DNA from: an uncultured bacterium
GTDB taxonomy: Bacteria > Actinomycetota > Acidimicrobiia > Spongiisociales > UBA5794
Assembly (NCBI GenBank): GCA_963801165.1
Contig: CAWDDT010000005.1
Location: 576,001 to 640,000, forward strand
Length of the DNA: 64,000 nt
Reading direction: 5' to 3'
The notes under the pieces were generated by a model. The model worked only from the letters and a program-made list of their open reading frames with translations. It was not told where the DNA came from and made no database searches. Of this stretch, positions 36,942 through 45,755 are shown piece by piece. Positions within the stretch are counted from its first letter, which is position 1. Each line of letters opens with the position of its first letter. Made by a program: the position numbers and the translations under genes.

Positions 36942-37059
36942 CCACTCCGTCCGTAGTAGAAGCCCAGCATCAGCTGGGCTTCTACTGGTCTTCGGTTGAT
37001 GGGATAGAGAATGGCGGTCGCCGGTCTGGCTTGTGATTCTGCGTCCCTGGCGCCGGTCC

Positions 37060-38763
37060 TCAGTCGCCGCTCTGTAGGGCGTGGAGGTCTGCCACGACGC
37101 GATTCGAGAGTTCGGTGACCGTCTGATAGGCCCGGTCTGCACCTGCGTTGTCGCCTGAGGTCTTTGCGGTGATGACCGCATGGATCTGCTCGTGGAGGGA
37201 TTGATGGTTCTGCTCCAGCGACTTCATCTCAGGTCGATTGCCGTAAGTCTTGATACCCATGCTGTAGAGCCATAGTCCCAACTCGCAGTCGGTGTGGGAG
37301 GCGACATCCTCTCGGTGGAGCTCTTCTGTGCCCCGCAGGTAGTCACGGATTCGTGCCTTCCATGCCTGGTGAGCGGATATTGCTGCAGCGAAGTCCAGAG
37401 AGCCGTCTCCGAATGTGAAGCCGCGGAGCGCGGCTGCCAGCTCACGTGAGCTCTTTGCGAGGTCCTGAGCGGTGTGCCCAATCTCTGTGGAGGATGCGGC
37501 CAGTTCCTCCGACGACGCTGCTACCTCCTCCGCGGTAGCCGAGTTCGATTCGGCGACAACAACGAGGTCCTTGACGGCAAGCCCGATCGACTCCGTGGAT
37601 CCGGAGATCGAAGTCGTCGCCGTACTGAGCTCGCGGACCCTGGTTTCCATCGAGGTCACCGCGTCGACAATGTTGCTAAAAGCGCTTCCGGCGTCGCCGA
37701 TGATTTGAGCGCCCTGGTCCACATCTGCCTGGCCCGAGCCGGTAGCCCGCTTGGCGTCGGCGACCGATTCTCGGATCGACCCCACCAGATCCGCGATCTG
37801 CTCGGTCGATCGCGCCGACTCTTCGGCAAGAGCTTTCACCTCGGCGGCAACGACAGCGAAGCCGCGACCGGCATCGCCGGCGCGCGCAGCTTCGATGGCG
37901 GCGTTCAGGGCAAGAAGGTTGGTCTGCTCTGCTATCGACCGTATCAGGTCGACTATCTCCTCCACCTTGGTGGAACGACTGCCCAACTCGAGGACGGTGT
38001 CGGCGACATCCCGAAACGAGGACGTAATTCGCTCCATCGCCCCGATTGCCTCATTGAGCTTCGCCTTCCCAGACTCCGCCGTCTCCTCCGCCTGCTGGGA
38101 TGTGTCGAGAACCTGGCGAACGGCCTCTACCGCGGCGGTGACGGTTTGCCCGATATCGGCCACGTGATTGGCCACCCGGTCCGTGACCGCCGCCTGGGAC
38201 ACGGCGCCGTCCGCCACGGAGGTGATCGCATTCGCTACTTCGTTGGAAGCCTGTTTCGATTCGTCGGATGCCTCTGCCAGCGCGTCGGAGCCATCTTGAA
38301 CCCGACGACTGATATCGGCTGCCAGCCCGATGATGGACCGCAGGCCCACGGTCATCTCGTCGAACGCGCCGCTGAGGTCGGATAGAGCACTGCTAATGTC
38401 GCCCGAGACGTCGGAAATCGTCGCCTCGTCAAAGTCGATCTGGGCGTTGAGGTTCCCCCTCGCCACATCCCGGATTGCCCCGACGAGCTTCTCTATCTCA
38501 CTCGACAGTGCTTGTCCGCTTGCGGCCGAGGAGCTGCCGGCGATTCTCTGCAACACCAAGACGCGGATCAGCATGATCCCAAGGCCGGTGACCAGAGACG
38601 CAGCTAGTACCGCCGTCCAGGTGATGCTCCGACCAGCGATCAGGTAGGCTACCCCTGGTGTGATCAGCAACGGGGCGAAGCCGGCGGCACGCAGCCATGC
38701 ACGCACACCGCTCGGATATTCACGTCCAGAAGCCCCCCGACTCGGTCGATCACCCACACTCAT
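37060..38763 (-). CDS. Methyl-accepting chemotaxis protein with C-terminal CZB zinc-binding domain
   Basis: Two TMs, HAMP-like region, [20 protein letters not shown], then H..WK...C.LG.W...H..LH. Confidence 0.92.
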   Translation of the reverse strand: MSVGDRPSRGASGREYPSGVRAWLRAAGFAPLLITPGVAYLIAGRSITWTAVLAASLVTGLGIMLIRVLVLQRIAGSSSAASGQALSSEIEKLVGAIRDVARGNLNAQIDFDEATISDVSGDISSALSDLSGAFDEMTVGLRSIIGLAADISRRVQDGSDALAEASDESKQASNEVANAITSVADGAVSQAAVTDRVANHVADIGQTVTAAVEAVRQVLDTSQQAEETAESGKAKLNEAIGAMERITSSFRDVADTVLELGSRSTKVEEIVDLIRSIAEQTNLLALNAAIEAARAGDAGRGFAVVAAEVKALAEESARSTEQIADLVGSIRESVADAKRATGSGQADVDQGAQIIGDAGSAFSNIVDAVTSMETRVRELSTATTSISGSTESIGLAVKDLVVVAESNSATAEEVAASSEELAASSTEIGHTAQDLAKSSRELAAALRGFTFGDGSLDFAAAISAHQAWKARIRDYLRGTEELHREDVASHTDCELGLWLYSMGIKTYGNRPEMKSLEQNHQSLHEQIHAVITAKTSGDNAGADRAYQTVTELSNRVVADLHALQSGD

Positions 38764-38883
38764 AAAGGCTCCAGCCTGTAGATTCTGGCGCTTCCGGTGT
38801 GGAAAGCCCATATCTCGTGTCGGCACCATGCCACGATCGTTAAGAAATCCAGATGAGAACCCCACACTGAGTGATGCCACTGA

Positions 38884-39012
38884 GAAAAAGCCGCGCGGCG
38901 GCTCATGGGAAAGAGTCGCCGCGCATGGTGCGGGACGCGGCGCCCGGCCCGTCTCGACCCGGGAAGGTGGCCGGGCCGGGCACCGCGTCTTTTTTGCCGG
39001 GTGAGTTTCACC
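38884..39012 (-). ncRNA. Candidate structured sRNA with C-rich anti-SD loops
   Basis: Three hairpins, a 3' U-tract and an upstream ECF-like promoter. One loop is complementary to the RBS at 39095-39111. Confidence 0.55.
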
Positions 39013-39017
39013 CCGTT

Positions 39018-39045
39018 ATTGCCCGATGCCGGGATTCAGGTTCCG
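39018..39045 (-). promoter_or_regulatory. Putative ECF promoter CGGAACC-N14-GGGCAAT (leftward)
   Basis: Same motif and spacing as 39055-39082. Confidence 0.65.
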
Positions 39046-39054
39046 ACTGGCTGA

Positions 39055-39082
39055 CGGAACCCGAATCCGGGGGGCGGGCAAT
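39055..39082 (+). promoter_or_regulatory. Putative ECF promoter CGGAACC-N14-GGGCAAT (rightward)
   Basis: GGAAC -35 typical of ECF promoters, upstream of the operon encoding the ECF. Confidence 0.65.
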
Positions 39083-39114
39083 TGAAGGAAAGGCCGATCC
39101 GGGAAGGTGGCGAG

Positions 39115-39666
39115 ATGTTTGGTTCGAAGAGAACTATCGCGGTCTTGTTCATGGTTGTTGTTGCGGTGCTGGCAGGTGTCGGGACTGCCGCGGGCGCCGA
39201 GCCTGCCGATGAGCATTGTGTCGTCGAGGTCATCGATCAGTTGGATACGGGCGAATTCGTGCTCTCCGATCCGGTCTGTTTCGGCACGTTCGCTGAGGCA
39301 GCGTGGTTCGCCTCGTCGGGTGCGGTTGCTCTCGACAGCGACGTTACACCCGCCGATCTGGCGCACCTGCCTGTGATCGCCGTCGTCCTCTCGACGTTCA
39401 CACTCGGGGTCCACTACGACGGGTACAGCGGTGGCGGCTCCTCGATCAGCGTCGTCGGCTCATCTTGCTCCGGGGGATATTGGAATACACCGCCGGCGTG
39501 GGACAACCGGATCTCATCGACGTGGAACGGCTGCTATCGGGTCAAGCACCACGATCACCCGGCCATGGGAGGCGCCTACCGGTCGACGGTCGGCACCGGC
39601 TCGGTCCACAACGTTCCGTCGGCGTTGGACAACAAGGCGGAGTCCATCTCCTACTGGAGTAGCTGA
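39115..39666 (+). CDS. Secreted protein with crystallin/I36-like repeats
   Basis: Signal peptide (..AGA-E), HC.V...CF.TF.EA prodomain, WDNRISS and LDNKAES motifs. Confidence 0.7.
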   Translation: MFGSKRTIAVLFMVVVAVLAGVGTAAGAEPADEHCVVEVIDQLDTGEFVLSDPVCFGTFAEAAWFASSGAVALDSDVTPADLAHLPVIAVVLSTFTLGVHYDGYSGGGSSISVVGSSCSGGYWNTPPAWDNRISSTWNGCYRVKHHDHPAMGGAYRSTVGTGSVHNVPSALDNKAESISYWSS

Positions 39667-39696
39667 GCCCGAGGGTAGACCGGCGAGAATGACGTA

Positions 39697-40284
39697 GTGG
39701 AGGACATGAACGACGGCGAGGTGATGCGATCGTCTGTTGACGATCCCGCCGCGTTCCATATCGTGTTCGACCGTTATCACGCCCGGATTTTCTCGTATCT
39801 GGCAGCACGAGTAGGGCCGTCCGACGCCGAGGATCTCGCCAGCGAGGTCTTTGTTGCCGCGTTCCGGCAACGGGCGAAGTTCCGGGAAGACGCGGTCAGC
39901 GCCGCGCCGTGGCTGTACGGGATCGCGGCAAATCTCGCGCGGCGGCACCACCGATCGAAAGCACGTCGTCGGCGCGCCCACGGCCGGGCGCCGGCCGATG
40001 GCGGCATCTGGTTCGATCCCGACCGCGATGCGCAGATTGACGCCGCCCGCCGGATCGAGCTACTCCGCAGCGAGCTCAACCGGCTCCGCGAGAAAGACCG
40101 CGAGGTCCTGTTTCTCTATGCGTTGGCGGACCTCTCCTATGCCGAGATCGCCGAAGCGCTCGACATCCCGGTAGGGACGGTGCGCTCACGGCTGTCACGT
40201 ACGCGGGAGAGGCTCCGGAACCTATTACCCGACGAGGGGAAAGACAAGGGTGAGGGTACCGCCGAGTACGGGGGAGGTGAATGA
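39697..40284 (+). CDS. ECF RNA polymerase sigma factor
   Basis: AEDLASEVF..AF, PWLYGIA.N and LSYAEIAEAL.IP.GTVRSRL.R. Confidence 0.95.
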   Translation: MEDMNDGEVMRSSVDDPAAFHIVFDRYHARIFSYLAARVGPSDAEDLASEVFVAAFRQRAKFREDAVSAAPWLYGIAANLARRHHRSKARRRRAHGRAPADGGIWFDPDRDAQIDAARRIELLRSELNRLREKDREVLFLYALADLSYAEIAEALDIPVGTVRSRLSRTRERLRNLLPDEGKDKGEGTAEYGGGE

Positions 40285-41276
40285 TGACAGCAGAACGCGA
40301 TCCGCTTCGGGACATATTCGACGGTCTTGTCGATATGAGGCAGCCGACGCCCGGCCAAACCGAATCAGCGCGACAGACTCTGGTTGCGGTCATTCAATCA
40401 ACCCCCGCCCGTAGGCAGCCACGGCTCCGTCGCCTCGTCCCGGCTGCCGCCGTGGCTGTTATTGCCCTCGTGATCGCTTTGGTCGCGGCAGCGCCGTGGA
40501 GCCGTACGCCCGCAGAGGCTTTCCTCGGAGAGATTGCCGAAGCGGCTCGAACTATCTCGCCCCAGGAGATGCCCGAGGGTTCGTACATCTACTTCGTCAG
40601 GAACGAGGTGATCTTGACAGGGAAGGACGAGCCGATTGGGAATACCCTGGTGGACATTGACTACTTGCTTCCCGATCGGACTGAGAACTGGTGGCAGGGC
40701 CAGACGGTAGAGAGCAAGACGAGCGTGGGTGAGCCGATCTTCTTCAGCCCGGAAGATAAGGCCACCTACTATGACAACGGAGTGGACCAGATCGATGCGG
40801 TGGGTCAGACGAGGACTCAGACACTGACGGGTGTCGCGGACTGGGTGGGCGAGACTGATTGGTCGATCGACCCGGATCAGCTGGCCATCCAGATGAGGGA
40901 GGCAGCGGAGGCAGACCACGGCGAACAACCGATCGACGTCAAGATGATGAATCTGGCAGCCAGGATCCTCGATCCGAAGCTTGTGGCCCCACCGGCGCTA
41001 CGTGCCGCGGTTCTAGACGTCCTGGGGACGCTCGATCTCGACCAAGCCCGGCTCGACGGTGGACGTGTTTCGGCTTCGACCACGTACGAGGATCGCTACT
41101 ACGGGACCGTCACCATGGAGCTCGTTTTCGACGGCGACGGCTACCTGGTCGGTCGGCAGGAGACGACAACGACCGGCGACCGGGAAGGGTCCATCCCTCC
41201 GGGCACGTCGTATGCAACTATCACGTACTCGCCGCCGGTGAGTGTTGCCGCACCGGGAGTTCGGCCTTCTCCATGA
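40281..41276 (+). CDS. Single-TM anti-sigma-like protein (CU044_5270-like)
   Basis: Overlaps the sigma stop; RR plus TM, G.YIY, W..DP..L and PP.LRAA...VL. Confidence 0.7.
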   Translation: MMTAERDPLRDIFDGLVDMRQPTPGQTESARQTLVAVIQSTPARRQPRLRRLVPAAAVAVIALVIALVAAAPWSRTPAEAFLGEIAEAARTISPQEMPEGSYIYFVRNEVILTGKDEPIGNTLVDIDYLLPDRTENWWQGQTVESKTSVGEPIFFSPEDKATYYDNGVDQIDAVGQTRTQTLTGVADWVGETDWSIDPDQLAIQMREAAEADHGEQPIDVKMMNLAARILDPKLVAPPALRAAVLDVLGTLDLDQARLDGGRVSASTTYEDRYYGTVTMELVFDGDGYLVGRQETTTTGDREGSIPPGTSYATITYSPPVSVAAPGVRPSP

Positions 41277-41378
41277 GGTCCAGCCTTCGGCATGAGTTGT
41301 CGCCGGTTGAATTGAGCAAAGTTCTATATATACTAGAATAATATAGAGTTTGCTCCCGGTTCCCGAAAGGTTGGAATC

Positions 41379-42512
41379 ATGAAGAGGTTCGTCCCGACGG
41401 TAGCGCTTTGCTGTCTGGTTGCCTCGTGCGCGGACTCCGGTGGTCCGGCGACGACAACTTCATCCACGCCGTCATCATCAACCACAGCCACGACGACGAC
41501 CGTCGCGACCACGACAACCACCCAGGCACCGCCCTCGACGGCAGCGCCGGCAGAAGCGGTGAGGGAGGTCACCTTCATGTCGGGAGACCTCGAGCTGTCC
41601 GGCACCCTGCGGCTCCCGGAAGAGGGCAACGCTCCCGGGGTGGTCCTCATTCACGGGAGCGGTCCGAACACCCGCGACGAGGCGGTGAGCGGGCAGATCA
41701 ACATGAGCTTCGGTTTCGAGATCCCCGTCTTCGTCGAGCTCGGAGATGCTCTCCAGCAGGCCGGATTTGCGGTTCTCACTTACGACAAAAGGACGTGCGG
41801 CCCCTTCAACGGATGCGGCGACAACGGCTATCCGGTTCCGGGCGACGATCTGGTCATCGACGATTTTGTCGCCGACGCGGGGGCCGCGGTTGCGTTCCTC
41901 CGAGAGCAGCCGGAGGTTGACCCGTTCCGGGTCTCGGTCGTTGGCCACAGCCAGGGCGGCGAGTTCATACCCGTGTTGCTGCAGGCCGATCCCAAACTGG
42001 CAAGCGGGGCGATGCTGTCCGGCCCCTACCGGCCCATCGATCAGCTGATTGAGTTCCAGTACACGTCGTCAATCGACCTGCTGGAGTCCCTCGGCATGAC
42101 AAAGGATCAGGCGATGGCTGCGCCGGGGATGTCGGATCTGGCGGCGACCTTGGAGGGTCTGCGACAGATCCGCGATGGGAGCGACGAAGCTGTGGCCGGG
42201 GTGTCTGCGACCTTCTGGAACAGCTGGTTCGACCTCGACGAGGCGAAGCTGAATGCGGCGGCAAACCTCACCCAGCCGGTTCTCGTAGTCGGTGGCGACT
42301 ACGACTGGAACGTGCCGCCCGAGGAGGCCCAGTCCTGGGACCAGTTGTTCACCGAGTCCGGGGTCGCGCACACAACGGCGATCCTGGACTGCGTAACCCA
42401 TGCGCTCAACTGCGTGACTGAGACAGATCTCACCGCGATCTCGGCCGACGACATCGGCGCACATGTGGCGGATGGGGTGACCAGCGCACTCATTGAGTTC
42501 TTGTCGCGATAG
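41379..42512 (+). CDS. Lipoprotein alpha/beta hydrolase
   Basis: Lipobox VASC, Thr linker, HGSGP..RD, YDKR and GHSQG. Confidence 0.88.
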   Translation: MKRFVPTVALCCLVASCADSGGPATTTSSTPSSSTTATTTTVATTTTTQAPPSTAAPAEAVREVTFMSGDLELSGTLRLPEEGNAPGVVLIHGSGPNTRDEAVSGQINMSFGFEIPVFVELGDALQQAGFAVLTYDKRTCGPFNGCGDNGYPVPGDDLVIDDFVADAGAAVAFLREQPEVDPFRVSVVGHSQGGEFIPVLLQADPKLASGAMLSGPYRPIDQLIEFQYTSSIDLLESLGMTKDQAMAAPGMSDLAATLEGLRQIRDGSDEAVAGVSATFWNSWFDLDEAKLNAAANLTQPVLVVGGDYDWNVPPEEAQSWDQLFTESGVAHTTAILDCVTHALNCVTETDLTAISADDIGAHVADGVTSALIEFLSR

Positions 42513-42521
42513 TCGAACCGG

Positions 42522-42860
42522 TTAGTCGGTGACCTCTGCCCAGTCGTCGTTGCTGCGGAACAGCCCCGCGGTGAGCCGGTGGAATGTCTCCCGCGGAGAC
42601 TCCTCAGCGGGCGCGAAACGGTGATTGCGTAGCACCTCGGTGCCCGCGGCCACCAGCACCATATATCCGGTTAGGGCAAAGACGATGTTGACGGAAAAGA
42701 GCATCACCAGGAAAACGCCGAGCATCGTGGCGAGCGCAAGACGCACCCGCTGTGCCATGGGCAGGCTGGGACCGGCGTTCATCCTGGCGACGAACGCCGC
42801 ATCGCTTTCGGCGAAGTCGGCTTCGAGCGCTTCGAGAATCTCGATTTCTTCACGGTTCAT
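42522..42860 (-). CDS. DUF3040-like membrane protein
   Basis: E..IL..LE......D..F...M followed by two TMs. Confidence 0.65.
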   Translation of the reverse strand: MNREEIEILEALEADFAESDAAFVARMNAGPSLPMAQRVRLALATMLGVFLVMLFSVNIVFALTGYMVLVAAGTEVLRNHRFAPAEESPRETFHRLTAGLFRSNDDWAEVTD

Positions 42861-42929
42861 GTTCAGCCTCTTGGTGGCGCTGCAGTCCCTGTCGGCACGA
42901 GGCGCCACCACGAAAGCCAAACGCACGGT

Positions 42930-44240
42930 CTACCTCGGGTCGGTCACCTGGCCCAGGAAGAGCATCTCCCCGGTGCTGTTGTGCTCGATCCAGAACAGGA
43001 AAGGCCGGTTGGCGGTGAACGTGACCGGCTCGCCGACCTGCGCCGATGTCAGACCGACGATGAGAGCAGTGGCTGCGGCCGCCTCGGTCCCACTCTCATC
43101 GACGCCGATGAATGTCTTGTGGAATGCATCCGAGACGTAGAGCTGCTCGGCGGTGGTGATCCCGCTGAGATCCGCCGCCGTGGGGTCGAACGCCTGGACC
43201 ATCCCCAGCTCTTCAAGCGCCTGCTTGAGAGGGACGTCGGAGTCGATCTGGAACGAGGGCACGGACACGTTGACCTCGGCGCTGTCCCAGGCAATGGCGA
43301 GATCAGCGGCCGTGAGCTTGTCGACGAGGTTGGCCAGGGAGCCGTTCTTCGGGATGGCGACGACCATCGAGGCATCACCCGAATACGGCAGCCGGACTGC
43401 TGCGAACAGGTCGTTCGACGCGTACTCGGTGTGGATGGTCTCGTGCATCATCGGCACCGTCACCTCTTCACCACCGGTCAGGGTGAACGGGTCGTTCGTT
43501 GTCGAATCCTTTGCGAACTGGGTTTCCCAGTTGGCGTAGAACCAGATGGCGTTGACCAGTGCCAGCCGGGTGCTTGGGTCGATTGCTCCCTCGGGGACCA
43601 GATCCTTGATCCGCTCCTCCGTGGCGTCCTCGACCCAGGAATTGATGGCGTCCCTCGCCGCCTCAGGGTCACCACTGAAGTCCACCAGCCGCAGCCCCGC
43701 GCCGTACTGGGATGCCAGGACCTCGAGGTAGTCGTCGAGGAACGGGAAGCCGCCCTGACCCCAGGCCGAGTTGGCCGGGTTGATGGTGAACGGCTGTCGC
43801 TCGTCGTCCGGACCCGCCGGTTCCGGCGCGGCGCTCAGGGCTGTCTCGATGGCGTTGCGAACCGCATGCAGCGTGTCATCCGGAACGTCGAGGTGGAGCA
43901 CTGCCGCGATCTCCTCTGCGGTGGTGCCTTTCGCCCCCGGGTACAGCATGCTGAGAGCGGTGGCAATCGAGTACGGCGAGAGCATCAGGTTCTCGCCGCC
44001 GGCAGTCGCCCGCAAGAGGTCGAGCCCGAAGGCGGCGTCACCGGCGGTTACTGCGGCGATGTCGGCCTCGGTTGCCGAAGGCGTGGCGCGGGGCACATCA
44101 AGACTTGCCAGCTCACCCTTCTGGAACGGGATGGTCGATGCTGTGGGCTGGGGGCTGGTGGTGGTTGGGGCCGACCGGCCGGTGGACCCGCATCCGGCGA
44201 CCAGCAGTACTGCGGTGGTCAGGATTACCAGGCGACGCAC
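42930..44240 (-). CDS. Serpin-family lipoprotein
   Basis: Lipobox VAGC, SPYSI..AL.M...GA.G.T, NAIWF...W...F, hinge ESGTEAAAAT and F.ANRPFLF.I. Confidence 0.95.
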   Translation of the reverse strand: MRRLVILTTAVLLVAGCGSTGRSAPTTTSPQPTASTIPFQKGELASLDVPRATPSATEADIAAVTAGDAAFGLDLLRATAGGENLMLSPYSIATALSMLYPGAKGTTAEEIAAVLHLDVPDDTLHAVRNAIETALSAAPEPAGPDDERQPFTINPANSAWGQGGFPFLDDYLEVLASQYGAGLRLVDFSGDPEAARDAINSWVEDATEERIKDLVPEGAIDPSTRLALVNAIWFYANWETQFAKDSTTNDPFTLTGGEEVTVPMMHETIHTEYASNDLFAAVRLPYSGDASMVVAIPKNGSLANLVDKLTAADLAIAWDSAEVNVSVPSFQIDSDVPLKQALEELGMVQAFDPTAADLSGITTAEQLYVSDAFHKTFIGVDESGTEAAAATALIVGLTSAQVGEPVTFTANRPFLFWIEHNSTGEMLFLGQVTDPR

Positions 44241-44321
44241 TATGTCCACCTTTCCGGGATCTGCGACGTGCTCACCGTTTTGGACGCTGTGTGCCACCGT
44301 CGGGGTTCCCGCAGGGGGCAG

Positions 44322-44801
44322 CTATTCGATCACCGTACGAACGCGCCCGGTGGCTACGTCGAAAATCATGCCCGTGATTCGTTCCCTGTAGGGAAGGAGT
44401 GGCGTCGAGCGAAGCTGTGCGACACCCCGGGCCAGCTCCATCTCCAGATCCGTGAAGTCGTGGACGTTGAAGCCGATACGCTGACCGGTCTCCGCTTCGA
44501 GCCGCTGCTTCTCGGTGGTGGCCGGATAGGCCAACGCTCCGCAATCAGTGTGCATGATGACAACGACCTGGTCGGTGCCGTAGTACTGCGAGACCATCAG
44601 TGAGCGGATCGCATCATCCGACACCACGCCGCCACCGTTGCGGATGACGTGGTAGTCGCCGGGGGCGCCGCCGAGGATCAGCTCGGGCTGGATGCGCGAG
44701 TCGATACAGGTGAGGACTGCGGCGTGTCGCCGCGGTGCCCTGGGGAGACCGCCCCCTGCTGCTGCACGGGCCTGACGGATCAGATCTTCGCTACCGGTCA
44801 T
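44322..44801 (-). CDS. Beta-class carbonic anhydrase (short type)
   Basis: CIDSR, IRNGGG and HTDC zinc ligands. Confidence 0.88.
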   Translation of the reverse strand: MTGSEDLIRQARAAAGGGLPRAPRRHAAVLTCIDSRIQPELILGGAPGDYHVIRNGGGVVSDDAIRSLMVSQYYGTDQVVVIMHTDCGALAYPATTEKQRLEAETGQRIGFNVHDFTDLEMELARGVAQLRSTPLLPYRERITGMIFDVATGRVRTVIE

Positions 44802-44811
44802 GGCATCAATC

Positions 44812-45492
44812 CTAGAAGCGGCGTTGCCCACCCGCGAAGGGCGGTTCGGAGCCTGCCCGGAACTCGTCGATGTTTGGCCCGCCCAGCGCGTTGCGTCGTT
44901 CGACGCCAATCCTGTAGGTGAAGTACAGAAGGGGAAGGATCGTCGGCCACGAGGTCACCGTCTTCCAAACGGCAAGGATTGCCGGCTGCTCGTTGAGGTA
45001 AAGCCACAGCGAGACGCCGCCCCGCACCGCGAAATAGGCGAACCAGTACCACGACACAAAGCTGTAGGCGGGACGCACGTCGGGCCGCCAGTACCAGCGG
45101 AGCGGCCAGCGCCGGTATGCCCAGCTCGTCCAGGCAGCCAGCGGTCGTTTGACGAGAATCGAGAGCAGGGTTCCGAGCGCCCAACCGCCCGTCGAGACGA
45201 TGCCTGGGAGGAAGTAGTCCTCCGCTCTGCCGGAGCGGACCGCCAGAAAAGCTGCGAGGACGACGGCCGCGATCCCCGCGATGGCGTAGATGACCTGCTG
45301 CCCGCGTTTGATACGCCAGATCGCGACAACCGACCCCGCCGCGATAGCCAGAAATGCGCCGAGACGCACATTCCACAGGGCGTTCACGGCGACAAATAGC
45401 AGCGGGGGCGCAAACGAGTCCCCGAGGGTGCGGTCGCCGACAAAGAGGCTCCGGATCTCCTCGCGGATGTCGTCGCTGACGGTATCGGTCAC
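44812..45492 (-). CDS. DUF3159-like membrane protein
   Basis: DS..PP.LFV, G.AEDYFLPG and SI.V.RPL. Confidence 0.7.
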   Translation of the reverse strand: MTDTVSDDIREEIRSLFVGDRTLGDSFAPPLLFVAVNALWNVRLGAFLAIAAGSVVAIWRIKRGQQVIYAIAGIAAVVLAAFLAVRSGRAEDYFLPGIVSTGGWALGTLLSILVKRPLAAWTSWAYRRWPLRWYWRPDVRPAYSFVSWYWFAYFAVRGGVSLWLYLNEQPAILAVWKTVTSWPTILPLLYFTYRIGVERRNALGGPNIDEFRAGSEPPFAGGQRRF

Positions 45493-45736
45493 AGCAGCAG
45501 GGTATACCTCGTTCGCTCCCACGGGGGAGGAGGAATTCATCCTCCCTCTGGGAGGATCGACGGGCGCGGAGACCAGGTCGAGGTGGGCCTTGCGAATCGG
45601 CCCAGACCCGTAAGAGGTGTGCAACCCAGATCGTTCAGAAAGCTGCTGAGATCGACCCCTTCGCCACCAAAGACGCTTGCATCCCGTGGATTGAGGATTT
45701 CGACGGAACCGGCCCCGTGCGCCTTGCTCGAATTAA

Positions 45737-45750
45737 TTGACTAAAGTCAA
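45737..45750. promoter_or_regulatory. Operator palindrome TTGACT-AA-AGTCAA
   Basis: Perfect inverted repeat directly upstream of the MarR-GNAT gene. Confidence 0.65.
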
Positions 45751-45755
45751 GCATT

